A DNA stretch of 64,000 nt from an uncultured Planctomycetia bacterium (GTDB lineage: Bacteria > Omnitrophota > Gorgyraeia > Tantalellales > Tantalellaceae): NCBI GenBank assembly GCA_964572255.1, contig CAZNEE010000003.1:118539-182538 (forward strand). The letters run 5' to 3'. Within the stretch, counting starts at the first letter, position 1. Each line of letters begins with the position of its first letter. Below the pieces are notes generated by a model that made no database searches, had not been told where the DNA came from, and saw only the letters and a list, made by a program, of their open reading frames with translations. Made by a program: the position numbers and the translations under genes. Of this stretch, positions 12,001 through 19,800 are shown one piece after another.

Positions 12001-13412
12001 TCGCCGGAAAACTTCGGCATCAGAACAAGATAAGAAAGGCCTTTCTCTTTCATGAGGTCCGTGAGCCCTTCCGAGTGGTGTCCTCCGGAAATAAGCGCAG
12101 CAACACGTTTCCTCTCACGGCGCATCGAAGCTACGGTATTTGCGAGCATAGCGCTATTACGTTTTTCGGCCAACTCGTAGAACTTTAAGGCCTTTTTCGC
12201 TTCTTCGAGGATGGTTTCGGAAAGACCGTCAACCTTTATTTTTCCGATCATTTCGCGAAGATCCTCTGCCTCGCAATCTGTAAGCTGTATTTGGAAAAGG
12301 CTCTTCAAAAGCTCGATAAAATTTGTCGCCTCGTATAATTCTCTTTCCTCTTTACCGGTGAAAAGTTCGCTGAATACTTTCTCTTCCAGCTGATCAAGCT
12401 CATTTTGAAGGCCCGTTACATCAAGACTATGATATTTCCTTGTATAATCCACAAAGCGTAAAAGCTCTTTATATTCGCCGCAATCTACGCCTCTTTTTTG
12501 CGCAAAATCCACAAGCCAGCCGTGATAAACAGCCTGATCGATCCTGCCCTTTTCAAAATAAAGGGATTTAATGGCTATTTGTTCCAGGTCTTCCTTGACG
12601 GCGGATTTTGAAATGCGGTTTATTAAAAGCGTTCTTTCATCTGTAGCTTTTGAAAAATCGACCTCTTTCTCCAGATATACCGAATCGATGAACGCTTTTA
12701 TATTTGGATAACTTTCGGTGGGGATCCCTTTTTCCTTACAAAGCTTCTCAAGAAAATCCCAGTAAACATCAAAACTTATTTTTCCTTTTCGGTGGAGGCG
12801 CGATTTAAACACCATTCGGCTGAGTTCGCCGGAATATGTCTTGTCCTCTTTTTCCTTTAAAGCGGCGAGCAGTTTGTTCAAAGAAACAAGAGATCCGCGG
12901 TTTTTCCGGAATATTTCTCTGAAAACCTTAAGGTTCTCCTGATATAAACTGTTATCCTCGACTCCGTAAAGAGCAATATCTTCATCCTGTGTTGCAGTAA
13001 AAAACTCACCTGCCGATATTTTCCCTTCTTTCATCAGGTAATCTGCGGTCTCCTCCCTCAGTTTTTCATCGGGAAGAGTTTTAAGCAGCGATGTATCGAT
13101 ATACCCCGAAGCGCCTTCAACGGCAACAACGCGGACATCGTATTCGCTCATGAGGTTCTTTAAGATCTCCACTATGGAGTACTGCGCGGAAAGCGATGAG
13201 TGGCAATCCTGGATATTGATGATCGTCTCGTTCTTGCCGAGCAGGCCTTTTTTTTCGATATCGGCAAGATTTTTGGGGATATTAAAATTTTTGTTTATTT
13301 TTGGGTAGGAAGAGATATCACCGGCAGCCCATACGATCTGCTGGTGAAAAAAGATGAGGGCAACTATGGTTGCCGTGACCTTAAGAAATATATTATATCG
13401 TCTTATCCCCAT
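1..13412 (-). CDS. Giant multidomain membrane protein, 3'-truncated by the window edge (>=4470 aa in window). It has an N-terminal signal anchor and a domain paralogous to the 7013-aa neighbour. It contains a PEP-utilizing-enzyme module, two HExxH zincin-like modules and an HD domain.
   Basis: The gene is missing from the supplied ORF track because no stop codon lies inside the window. I translated the minus strand by hand from the ATG at 13412-13410, which is the first ATG after an in-frame TAA at 13418-13416. The translation begins MGIRRYNIFLKVTATIVALIFFHQQIVWAAGDISSYPKINKNFNIPKNLADIEKKGLLGKNETIINIQDCHSSLSAQYSIVEIL. This aligns residue-by-residue with residues 34-130 of the 7013-aa ORF (MADWRRRHVFFIKCVSVLVIIFFLHQQIGW...IIQIQDAHASLSAQYSIADLL). 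Internal landmark codons at 9887, 8024, 7001 and 4289 are all in frame with 13412. No minus-strand ORF >=60 aa is reported in this frame anywhere in 1-13412, which fits one uninterrupted frame leaving the window at position 1. The plus-strand ORFs here are short, S/L/P-rich antisense artefacts. Confidence 0.65.
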   Translation of the reverse strand, partial: MGIRRYNIFLKVTATIVALIFFHQQIVWAAGDISSYPKINKNFNIPKNLADIEKKGLLGKNETIINIQDCHSSLSAQYSIVEILKNLMSEYDVRVVAVEGASGYIDTSLLKTLPDEKLREETADYLMKEGKISAGEFFTATQDEDIALYGVEDNSLYQENLKVFREIFRKNRGSLVSLNKLLAALKEKEDKTYSGELSRMVFKSRLHRKGKISFDVYWDFLEKLCKEKGIPTESYPNIKAFIDSVYLEKEVDFSKATDERTLLINRISKSAVKEDLEQIAIKSLYFEKGRIDQAVYHGWLVDFAQKRGVDCGEYKELLRFVDYTRKYHSLDVTGLQNELDQLEEKVFSELFTGKEERELYEATNFIELLKSLFQIQLTDCEAEDLREMIGKIKVDGLSETILEEAKKALKFYELAEKRNSAMLANTVASMRRERKRVAALISGGHHSEGLTDLMKEKGLSYLVLMPKFSGDNIRPYVAILTKKTGPYRELVKAGEYDLALEAYLDTGDFTALEELIVYALGKCALEGKDLNSVVDYWADNYEAAYNSIPKERLTAVEYDRIDPEIFRLYLGRSKAEADESGKTCRVDFDGNIYVVSEGEVKLIEKNSAHEGFLKKVADAASDVIGEVKEKFTQKEKVDAAAPDEEKPSVFEEPAIPEEKESEQFAEEDQGDVAEEEVILEEPTSAEDVKKLIKLRARGEYALLGTYIHDIAKEYGETYKDVTPVSPEFIDACIEKSLFDDGETIRHKERLYDEFFTIWSLIQITLEDAKTSKEEAKKKEPYFTVVNDVEINGESYTRIIVTTQNRTGCENYILEKLKKLNIYYEHLRGMVYDDVAISVYHLQQNAETREVLSENKRKRLLQSFEIVDLERTKRSYKEALSLTSVYHLEPFERCNSNGIPGGVWNAVIFNYETVREGELHFDESIMPEEYEINEENIDRERIHLDSILKPLKYQFQEKIRKAVGLVNTDQDKNLLSLISGLNFELEKGNPGVTYQMKRTYDVFKGLSIGHDKGTSIRNIFARILITLAEGYRVSDEDISTEQQKLVNCFSVARENDVFGHINEVKLAAEAIESAKKKMEEHNYTARFAIWEWLSEKYPIAEGQRRRDEAALAERVVNKLSVELDIEDVAIEGLREIVEQAREEDREIVVVSRDMVRDEIILRKMTQRYGIKYFVSCHGSMREHVAILATAAGAMLLVDLPEVIFDDFCATGEPAAISSVSMTKTEQAKFLAGNPRTKKGWDMVSEVITSQTMKDYYVEKERELRKKRTVAKTRDGVEVSIYGNIILPAHARKNDNGYLRPGAADIVEELYNDFGANGVALVRTEYAFNRKAFLEFERQREVYLSVANVADKEVAIRTFDKEHDKKCIALPDIPGVYGFGYYKEPEGREVLKIQIMAIFVAYAQSRYKNLKMMIPMIKTVDDMKFLGKLIDEVKEEIVKKYSAIEKEVLNGMPVGIMVETEEVIKDLDAILDQKFVSLSFLSIGSNDLTSDVKKLPRHDLKDSHFDNEMLKILEKIVKAAKARDLDVSICGDHARFDKTIIFSIYLYKKHGVLIVPGVIQGLVPKLKTEVEFTDAETVAEMLKDLKLSNTDESNEELNKIVTGKALIRMNRILGEELFNSILNKKMSKVTPMTGVKEDEEKEQGPEGEGPDKRAGPSDAGALGVFAFPFVKSDISTYFTNPAVLYIGIIILITGAIYMIYRAKRSPPEHVQEVIVQSARNIAGHIEHDGWLPDFEHRQELLELVKDFIKDPFLSPGKTTIKNALFEAHSEAVAKNRELRVNPVLLRDIPEEDIEAILLHEMVHFLKVQVKRQKAFDKHRNKGVLGVIRNFLGYFKAVLSGNIDGFTKRISTSIKIAAAVATHNEFEAYSIQNRYRYEQAKAKGYSDLKGYLKYLGSKTNDPGFKEGYANLLSIVYPGGTLPEGYKIDLFEQAIAPGTRKPVYFAAALEGKSDPAVFGNWLFEWLSDPEYYDVSQKRSGESGKISIAVMAVAFVLISIIATLVFYFAKRPISQEPVKPSAEISKESSEDKKIDISQKIKKTSEKQIKEAEPAGPSPIEGRILKLTGNAINHIEKDGWTFSKHTKEILKLLYEFKKSRLEVVNDPSKPYILQTDENRGDIVRINAAFVGEYSDPEIESAIVHEIVHMLPHQNKRAQAEIEMGEKIAGIKMSEFLQKTDESKKLREDFKKFIARKMQNEYEAYSIQNEYRKYIAEQKGFSGLKEYFEHCAASYNRRSPHYSNFKMLANFTSSDGKLLEAFKMELIGVSYPQQYRSLLIRIAIFEGVNPRNNSEVINWMLSWLTDPEYYEVKEKSIDKAAMLPGGTSRTLLLLSLLSGLSFVDMSEPGRGKPGTQPRRNIMDINDSELLEIIPHELNRTHITRLIRMFDIIWPLGREDENQDDLEHFQNIFHKFIIAHAIGSSYGSPEMAALEKPTDNTLQIFASNNIVVPAEIKILLDEFTIQDKDKKPVKQSVFRDKKKAFDVIDETVFGYGHERDFEIRKLLKRMYIYFTAVDSIEMGSDYLRRVEVRRLKAEEEKEKESPKDSFSFIRDDLERSGINISEYMTDEAVSALTDSTLHEYGQILEITDEAYEKVHLPVALVDFTSERGPETRMAVAKYDPSEARAYPVFQKNMARSWGMLRDKATMHFKYQLEGGEVQDVDDIAPDYENARKDVWDIERHLEEFRKDYPNFEIIGFTGNGNILANAHLASYVDGRLHAVEAEKELIYSGNSRVYPSLVIWKDGHISIEEVRFTGGERIIEESTGKDITGEVVSTNSGIGILKNGRPYDLAEHYEHDYDVRHYLDFPFIPDGKISFGVSHFYDETGKVIKDLIVPAIEEKLITLKLEEREAPLTDDQIKQLDENLREEKHYIKAEAASEVKYGVYFLDKDNNELTIGLKRGINPHNICAIDKDGNLVSIIVEGKSNRIGITFKEAQQRLEKMGITDAIIFDNGADAMMNIDGQFIIRSFQGRDRFLSLLVFAKGKYDIMQMNREQRLELCLESIQTEETDFHMEHVARASRMAELIARRIGLSDRLIEILMAAGEVHDGKVLDPAVVNDVKRYIGKKLSKEGRRAFFSISDFYRFVENKKGGALTSEEKNVARDFYDHGTRSAEDIKSLGVKMPLEVELLIKYHQFPSEFFASKDDSRGKLPITPEELGLLLTILFTADVFENGNNVDKMNLFHEGRPFESFEDSFKFLEKKYYEEGIEDRRALEALAKLISEKDGQLLSLAAYARHCSEFLPEDIKFMETQRQKDPPEIPPAHPFTVESASLWGKIMAMLSAVSFAGALVGILIGLMVEAHVLYYGIWTGFAVLGAFFAVSAGRFLGLGKLARMALRGYVPPTPGDEAFSGDEILITAIAERQHDGSIEYHDAIRNIVREKDLSKIILHELFKKEFWGMFFLMPGFYTLARLIKRNRLKTEVKVIKQGDFASLAKDLQDLRGKISKKVRKKGKKAELREHRWESENISDTFLTKQYTPARRRNTSETPEQRDRGGYHFKLEEDGIFFSQVEVETQENIPQNSFEREHYRDAFEILRNLSGETLSWTNELAADNTKNLHFHLFKLDDPLPIKKYELEPLCTERDGDDVIFTVKGYPDTENPIAVFAVNGRVDNTGDINLLSTRCYDVEEIFRDNGYTVDKIVTVNKEKRATVYFFPKRHGHAKYFTDSKSVEKVGPVAMSGIWPFYRKGDYKKFKLDDIQRIFSNINVLREKHEKFGTICGEIKRNFYEAEGTGLLPPSVYFDLSSIREDPASEIKMVDLLAEKGVSRVNFIFDISRGLLDDEKKMDALKELLGHASKKMTVVVSFAGFIENIDEVGDKWNIISSKMTKYVNKVSFKVQKKSEKLERALDLVKKHCKDKNVEIYTCVSRVNLDEVRDLAQLFLNKNMSSIKKFEWEISRDMETRYSLREWEYEDLNHEMREDYGNLRKMEFAISGREETNLYVFRNGDLGVKGGRLGIRRFANIFDQKTLLTEESRGIYKDITDKIRIDHTRVLRKSAPAAPSGVRKGIINKIEELYNSHGLVDLYPHVLLEAELAEKMARRMAEEKEFQNEDILTLKLAIFVHHLGLGPRMGSHRNDFLEIRAALKKKYPAQKGEVWHIKGAMRALIKEIGAEGLPIDEQFERVCKEIAKLLKTPRRKLNKLQQEVVWSVFGVNTFAVRMLEATDISLPKEIKKDVRMLLFNYGTYREFCRKVEEDEMLIRMQSSINPEKMKQLVSIIRIANTAVNRFDPGVREDLRRENPDSIPEAIKFIIQDIEKNEQAGEETLKALSVFLNMLKDSRNNPLILGKLQKIFASSNDQTKFKNKMFLRFLDSGIGLSPADAKEIIKRYDQYEEGITIGTYYRWSERSLIIGVVGLVISLAASFMIPGALTAVPALLSTFVFLSGLWFLLIAENCKKAFEYWLSKEWNTKIINAVLAGTYKNGEINDLANGLVDEDAKEKVEDMDERMHIFLVKMAKLMGEKFLLGRELKAANL
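4000..4420 (-). other. HD-domain (metal-dependent phosphohydrolase) within the 1-13412 giant gene.
   Basis: I verified the translation against DNA at 4201-4400. It reads HMEHVARASRMAELIARRIGLSDRLIEILMAAGEVHDGKVLDPAVVNDVKRYIGKK. This fits the HD-domain pattern H..V...A..IA..lGl......l..AallHDiGK. The HD codons are at 4289-4284 and in frame. Confidence 0.45.
6500..7470 (-). other. TM-anchored HExxH zincin-like module B, a tandem paralog of module A.
   Basis: In order, the module has the TM helix ISIAVMAVAFVLISIIATLVFYFA, then HIEKDGW, then DPEIESAIVHEIVHMLPHQNK with the HExxH codons at 7001-6987 and in frame, then QNEYEAYSIQNEYRKYIAEQKGF, then WLTDPEYYEV. It has the same order and spacing as module A about 930 bp upstream. 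Confidence 0.5.
7480..8400 (-). other. TM-anchored HExxH zincin-like module A (putative metallopeptidase).
   Basis: In order, the module has the TM helix AVLYIGIIILITGAIYMIYRA, then HIEHDGW, then RDIPEEDIEAILLHEMVHFLKVQV with the HExxH codons at 8024-8010 and in frame, then HNEFEAYSIQNRYRYEQAKAKGY, then WLSDPEYYDV. Confidence 0.5.
8750..10000 (-). other. PEP-utilizing-enzyme module (phosphohistidine swivel domain plus PEP-binding TIM barrel, similar to Enzyme I / PEP synthase / PPDK) inside the 1-13412 giant gene.
   Basis: I translated it by hand and re-verified against the DNA at 8815-9672. EIVVVSRDMVRDEIILRKMTQRYGIKYFVSCHGSMREHVAILATAAGAMLLVDLPEV matches the swivel consensus ..GGRTSHAAIIARELGIPAVVG. 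The His codon is at 9887-9885. GVALVRTEYAF matches GVGLYRTEFLF. VAIRTFDKEHDKK matches VIVRTMDIGGDK. NLKMMIPMIKTVDDM matches KLRIMFPMIISVEEV. VGIMVETEEV matches IGVMVETPAA. SFLSIGSNDLTSD matches FFSIGTNDLTQY. VSICGDHA matches GMCGELAGD. The Cys codon is at ~8825. Confidence 0.6.
11600..13412 (-). other. N-terminal signal anchor plus the ~560-aa domain paralogous to 33000-34760.
   Basis: See above. I verified the translation against DNA at 13201-13412. Confidence 0.55.
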
Positions 13413-13555
13413 AACTTATTGTTATCCCCATAACATTTATGTACTTTTTAAAGTTATTAGCTAATTCAAAGTGTAAAAGTCCCTTCATGTTTTTCTTACT
13501 TACAGAAAGACATTAAAGAGCTAACAAGCTTTTTATTTATTTAATGACTAATAAT

Positions 13556-13583
13556 ATGTTAACACAATAAAAAGATTTGTCAA
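13556..13583 (-). promoter_or_regulatory. Weak candidate promoter for the 1-13412 gene: TTGACA (13583-13578), a 16-nt spacer, then TAACAT (13561-13556).
   Basis: It lies in an AT-rich spacer ~145 nt upstream of the ATG at 13412. The -10 is poor and no SD precedes the ATG. Confidence 0.2.
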
Positions 13584-13687
13584 TTTGAATATCTAACTAT
13601 TTTGATTCTTAATTATTCGGCTTTATTTTGGGATAATTTTGAAATTTGTTAACAATACTACCTTTTTCAACAATTACATAATCGTCC

Positions 13688-13732
13688 AAAAAAAATAGAA
13701 CGGCCCTGCAGTGTATTCCACGGCAGGGCCGT
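13688..13732 (-). terminator. Putative intrinsic terminator of the 7013-aa gene: a 10-bp GC-rich stem (13700-13709 pairing with 13723-13732), a 13-nt loop, then tcta plus U8 on the minus strand (A8 at 13688-13695 on the plus strand).
   Basis: The plus strand reads aaCGGCCCTGCagtgtattccacgGCAGGGCCGt preceded by aaaaaaaa. It lies ~85 nt downstream of the stop and is the last of three consecutive stem-loops (13763-13797, 13735-13759, 13700-13732). Confidence 0.45.
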
Positions 13733-13816
13733 CTGAGATGCAGGAAGGTTTTGCATCTCAATTCACGTCGCAAAGATTGAGGGGAAGCGGCGTGAACTCT
13801 ATAAGATTTTTATTTA

Positions 13817-16800
13817 TTATAGCCTGATGATCACCTCCTCGTATCTCTTCATTTCTTCCATCAAGTTCTCGAAGTTGATAGGTTTAATAGGTTCAAATAT
13901 GAGCCAGTTCTTATACCCCTCTTTTGGATTTACCTCGCCCAGGCTTTCTGATATAACTCCTTTATTCGCAATGATTTCCAATATAGCTACAAGTCTTTGC
14001 GAAACCACGCCCTCACCTACCATCTGGACAAAAGTGGGCGCCCTGTCAGCCTGAATGATCCTCTCATCCGCGTCCGTTTTTACAAGATTCGCGATATCGC
14101 CTATGGCTAGCGCATCAGGATTTTCTACGATATCGAGTTCGGGGAATGTGCTCCGGGCTAATTCAAGCGTCCTTTCGAGGGTAAGATCTTCCTGTGTAAT
14201 TAAACGTATGTTCCCCCTGTCCAACACGTCGACTAATCCTGTTTCCTCAAGCATCATATCGAGATTCTTTTCCGTTATATTGGGGTCAAGCACCCTTACC
14301 TGTATGAATCTGGACGCTTTTTCCTTGTCAAGCCCCATTGATCTTATCGTGTCAGCGATAAGCCGCATCTCGCCGACATTTCTTGCGATCTCGCTGATAT
14401 ACCTCGGCTCGCCCTCGACCAGGCCTGTTGCGGCATATGCCTTTGTCCGGTCTGTAGTCCTTATCCTTGCGTAAATATCCTTATGCCTTATATCTATCGT
14501 GAGCCGGTAAATACTTTGCTCGCTTAATTCCATGCTCTTTATGATCTCGATGCCGCCGATGGACAGCTGGTGTACCAGGTCTCTCAATTCAAGCCCGGAC
14601 ATGGAAGGAACTAACCCTCTTATCGCGCCGACATTCATGCTCAATATCAGTTCTTCCTTTTGCCCCGTAAGGGTCTTTATCTTTGCGTCTATTTCATCTT
14701 TCTCTTCCTGGGTCCTCCGTATCATGCTCCTGACCTGCTGTAATCTGAGTATTTCGCGGTTGATTTTATCCAGCTTCTTCATGGATTTGGAAGTGAAAAC
14801 ATCCGCGCGAAGTTTGTTGGCCGTTCCTATAATAAGCTCGGTTGCCTCTTTCCTATTGTATCCGGCAATAGGGGTATCGATAAGAACGACCGCGTCTATT
14901 CCCTCATCTTTCGCTGCTTTACTAAGTTCTTCGATCATGGTTTCAGTTTTACCGGGCATTACTTCTACAACGCGTATAGAAGGATCGCTGCGTTCTATCC
15001 TTTCAATAACGACCTCATCTACTGTTCCTTTTAGAATCCCGACCACAATATCGGGTTTGGGCGCTGCTTTTCCCTGGAAGATTTCTCCAATCATTGTGAT
15101 CACTTGATATGCCAGAATTATTAAACTGGAAGCAATAACTGTTGCGCCCATCTCGGTAGGGCTGATAAACGGTAACGCTCTTGCTATAAAAGATTGGATC
15201 GCTATATTCAAAGGATAATATGCATTGAATATTATCGCCGTGCTTGCGAGCAAAAAGCCTATGCCGAAAACGGTCATAAGCATTACAATGTTACCTCTGC
15301 CGCTTATTCCCCTTGGTGCGGGCGGGACTTCCGGCGGTATTGCCGGTATGACCCTGGCAAGAAGAGGTCTTATTTGTCCTTCGATTATCGACTCTCCGAG
15401 GGAAGCCGAGATCTCAAGACTTTTTTCATCATCGGTCCTCCTGGCTACATTACGTATTGTCATGTCCCTGGGATCATCCGTGTGATATGCCACATAATCG
15501 CTTTCATTCCTGCCTATGTATTCTATCCTGAACGGTTTGCCCCGCAAAGGATCGCCGAAATATTCCCTTTCGCTCTTGCGGAAATGAAATTTTACGTTAT
15601 CCTTCGCAAAGAAAACAGATTCCAGAATATTGCCCGGAAAATCGACAATTTCCATGCCTGCGGCAGCGCGCCTTCTATTCAGCTCGAGTTTATCGTCCTG
15701 GGTAACATACCTGTATTCGACTTCCTCTTTTCCTTCAGCGTCATATACCACTACCTGGTCAAGCACCCAGTCCGTTATTACCGGTTCCTGTAGTGACGCG
15801 GTATGATCGTAAATATCGGTAAGGACATAAACCCATTCCTGTCTCTTCTGGTCCTCAGAAATGCCAGCAAGCTCTTCCTGTCCTGTTTCCACCTGGTAAA
15901 CACCTTCATATTCTATTATTATGTAAAGGTCTTTTTTGCCGATAGCTTTTTTAACCCTGTAAGTAAAATATTTTCCTTCCTGCGGATTGCAGAATAATAT
16001 TCTTCTTCCGTCCTTCGCGTATTCGGAGATCTTCCCGTCCGGTTCGATGATCCTTTTTATCTCGCGCGTATCTTCATAACGCTCGGTTATCGTGCCGTCT
16101 TCCGCGACCTGGTAAACCGGAGCCGGTTCAGCTTCTTGAGGAAGTTCCGGTTCTTCAGGCTCTTTCGGCCTGCCTCTGCCGAACAAGAACATACCTCCAT
16201 AGATTATTCCGACAAATATTGCCAATGTCAGTAATATATAAAAAGAATTGATATTGCCCGCGGAATTTGACAGAAAACCCGGCGGGCTGAAACCTTCGCC
16301 CTGTGTCAACCCGAACAAAAATACCGGCGCAATACCGAATAAAGGTTTAACAGGCGGTTTTACCACCGGGGGCACCACAACCGGCGGCGCAATAATTTCT
16401 TCCGCAAGACTTGCCCTCGGTACGATGCGCGGTACGCCTATACGGACCTGCCCTGAAGTGGCCTTTATAAAATTACGGTTTACCCTTATAACGAATCTCT
16501 TGGCTCTGGCCGGATTGAACGCGCTGCCAATAGGCTTTTCGGGTTTTATCCTTAAAGTGTTCAATTTCTCAAGAAGTTCTCCTTCCACTATTTCAAATTT
16601 GGATTCTTCGCCTCCGCTATAACCGGGCATCTCAATAATGGTCTGCGGCCTGTTCTCGTCATCGTAAGCCACGATCATTATGGTATGCCCCGCCAAATTT
16701 TCCCTATAGGCTTCCGGAATGAAAAATTCAAAAACGAATTCCCTGCCCCTCATGTCCACGGGTTCTTTCAGCTCGAATTCAAGTTCCGCAAGGTTTTCTC

Positions 16801-19800
16801 CCTGAACAAGATCAACATCGAATGTTATCGTACCGTCTTCATTTATTTCATAATCGGTCCCCCCGGGTTTTCTCGAAACGCGTATGCTGCTGTTCTCCTC
16901 ATCAATCTTTATTACATCATCGGGATCGATGCCGAATAATTTATAATATTCATCAAGCATCCCCAACCGGGCGAACATCTGCTGCAGGTGATCGGTGAAA
17001 TACTCGAAATCCCATCTTTCTCCTTCTCTTTGATATCTCTGCCTCAGAAACTCCGTATATAGGACTAATAGCTCAAAAGATCTCTGCGCCTCTGTAATTC
17101 TGTCTTCTCTAACGCTCTTTTCATATTCATCTACAAGCTGGACCATCATGGTTCCCCTCAGGTCCTTGACTCCTTCTCTCTCGTCTTTGAACAGGTCTTC
17201 TTTCTGTTTAGGCGTAAGATTTATATTTCCTTCGATATAATTTCTGATCGTGGGCTCGAGAACAAGCGCTCTTGCCTTTTCGGCACGGGCTGCTTGAACA
17301 TTGGACAAAACACTTAACCCGATGATCGACATGAAAGGCAATATAAAAAGAAGTCCTAAAATCACGCCCTGGTATTTTGTCCACAACCATAATTGCTGGA
17401 TCCTTTTCTTCAGCGTCCTTATTTCGCCAAGCGCGAATTTGACTATAGCCGCCCGCCCGCGTGTCCAGAAAAACTCACCTGCATAACGCGGCACAAAAGA
17501 TCTTTGTATGTCCTGTATGGAGGCCGGGGCTATATTGTTCCAATAATGGATCATCGCCGGAGAAAGTGCCCCGAACTTAAGCGCGTGTTTCGGCCTTCTC
17601 CCCACAATAAAAGCGTATTGCCTCTTTCCGACATACCTGACCAAGAGATCAACGCCCTTTAATGCCATGAGAATGCCTGAAAAGACCAACCCCGTGATCA
17701 GTACCCAGTGAGGCATCCATCCCCCGATATACAAGATGCCGGTAGTTAAGAATGAAAGGACGCCTACTACGCCGACTCCGGGACTTATATGTATCGCACC
17801 CAATGCGTCGCGGCGTATGCTTTCCACTTCCTCCAGTATCTCACCAAGCGCGCGCTGGAACCTTTCAATGTCTCTCCTCTCAGGATTTAAAAGAGATAGT
17901 CTAAGTTCACGATATGCGCCAAACGCGTAGCTCTTTTCCCTTATTTGATCGACTATCTCGTCCGGTTCAGTATCGGCTTCAAGTAATTCCCTTATCCGGC
18001 TTCTTACATCCGCCAGTTCCGCTTCATACGGGCTCAAAAGAGCGATTATCTCTTCCGGTTCGGCATAATCCGCAACATGTACATCTCCGATCCCTTTTAA
18101 TTTGCGGAATTGCTTGTCTTCTATCCTCTTTCTGAGCGCTTCCGCTGTCGCTTCTTCATCCATAATAGCCCGGGTAGCCGCCGTTATGATGACCATCAAT
18201 GTCAATGTAACTGGAGGCGTTAAGAAAAAGATGCCGCCGACCATTGTCGTTGGAAAATATCCAAACAGGACATTTAAAAACTCGCGCGTGGCATGCCCCA
18301 AAACGGATATCAAAATACCCGCAGGGCCCGCACCCGGTAGAAACGTGCTTTCCGCGGCAAGGGTAGCGAGAAAATATATAACGGGAACGCCTAACATGAT
18401 AGCGGTAAGAGTGCCGGCAAAAGTTGTTGAAGATAAATACGCCATGTGCTGAAATTTTCTCCAGCCCATGGTTTTTATGGGATCTACTTGCCATTGTTCG
18501 TTCCTCTCAAGGCCCGCGCGCGTGCGCAAAGTATATAAAGCTTTACCAAATTTATAGAAAAGTACGCCGAATATAAGAAATCCGGCAATTGACAAACCTA
18601 TACCGATAATCGATCCAAACCCCCCGAAAGCAAGCATGAGGTTCCTTGAACCGATAAGAGACCATACCGATCCCAGTCCTATATGCTGGCCGAAAAACAT
18701 CCAGAACGCCGGCCCGAAAGAAACTATCGACCAGAACGCCTGGAGAGTTATCCATCTTATGCGCTGTTTTAACCATCCCGGGCCGAGTGCCGGCAGGAGA
18801 TCCTCAAGCACCTGCGTGAATGATCCCACGAGTCTGGTCGCTTTTAATCTGTATAAAGCCAATCTGCTCCCAAGCTCGGCATCCTCTATCTGGTTCATGG
18901 CGTCCCATGCACCCGAGACCTGATACTGCGTGAGATGTTCTCTTAAAGCGGCGGAAGGTGTTTTGATCTCTTTATCGGGGCTTATCATCAATCCGAGACG
19001 CCTGAAAAATCTGCGCGCCATGGACATGGATCCTATCGATTCCTCACGTTTTGTCTCTTCAGATTGTATGGCTTCCCTTAAAGGCCTTAGAAGTTCCTGT
19101 AAATTCGCCCTTACTGAAAGAGGCACTTCCTCTAAAACTTTTCCCGTTTCATCCACTACGGGCTTTGTGTAGGCGAGCGTCTCCCATAAAAAGCCGTTTC
19201 CCGTACCGCCGAGGAATAAGAACCCCGCAACGGTCTGGCCGACCTGGACTGTCGCATGCCAGAAGAGATAGTCCAGATATGACAGTATTGACCACTTCGG
19301 GCTATAGAGCGGCACAAGACGAAGTTCCGTCTGGATAACAGCGGGAACATTTCTCAGGCGGAATTCACTGTTTATAAATTCTTCCGAGGGCAATATTTGC
19401 CCGCCGACAATTTCCGGCGGATAAGTCTTAAGGAACGCCCATGTCATGTAGATAACACGGTTTCTCGCAAGATCTTCATCACTTTGCCCTGCCTGCCTGG
19501 CAATGTAGTCCCGCATTTCATCCTGATCCCTGTCAAGCAGATCTATAATGCCGGCATCATCTGTCTCGAGCTGTTCTTTTAGCGAATTCACCGCTTTGGT
19601 GTATTCAGTTTCAAGTTCCTTTCTTTGCGGTTCGTAAGATATGAGCCAGCGGTCCTCATCCTCTTCGTTAACAATGCCGCTGATCTGTTCATTAACGGTC
19701 CTCTCGCGCATCGCCCAGACAGCGGTCTTCGCCCTGAATAAAAGGCGCGTGAAACGGTCTTCTTCATCGGCAAGTTCCAGATAATCCGGATCCGGCTCGC

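Noticed and set aside
11406-12188. Plus-strand ORFs of 60-260 aa throughout the window, for example 11406-12188, 24011-24646, 36340-37041, 48004-48651 and 53011-53673.
   Set aside because: All lie antisense to the giant minus-strand ORFs. Their S/L/P/A-rich, low-complexity translations are typical antisense artefacts. Several simply mirror the sense-strand repeats, such as MPASAMNTWKP.
13429-13431. The upstream ATG at 13431 as the start of the 1-13412 gene.
   Set aside because: It is out of frame with the long ORF and terminates after 12 codons. I keep it only as a possible uORF.
13413-13690. Several plus-strand -35/-10-like hexamer pairs in the AT-rich spacer.
   Set aside because: They would drive transcription antisense into the 3' end of the 7013-aa gene. 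They are expected by chance in AT-rich DNA and are not reported as features.
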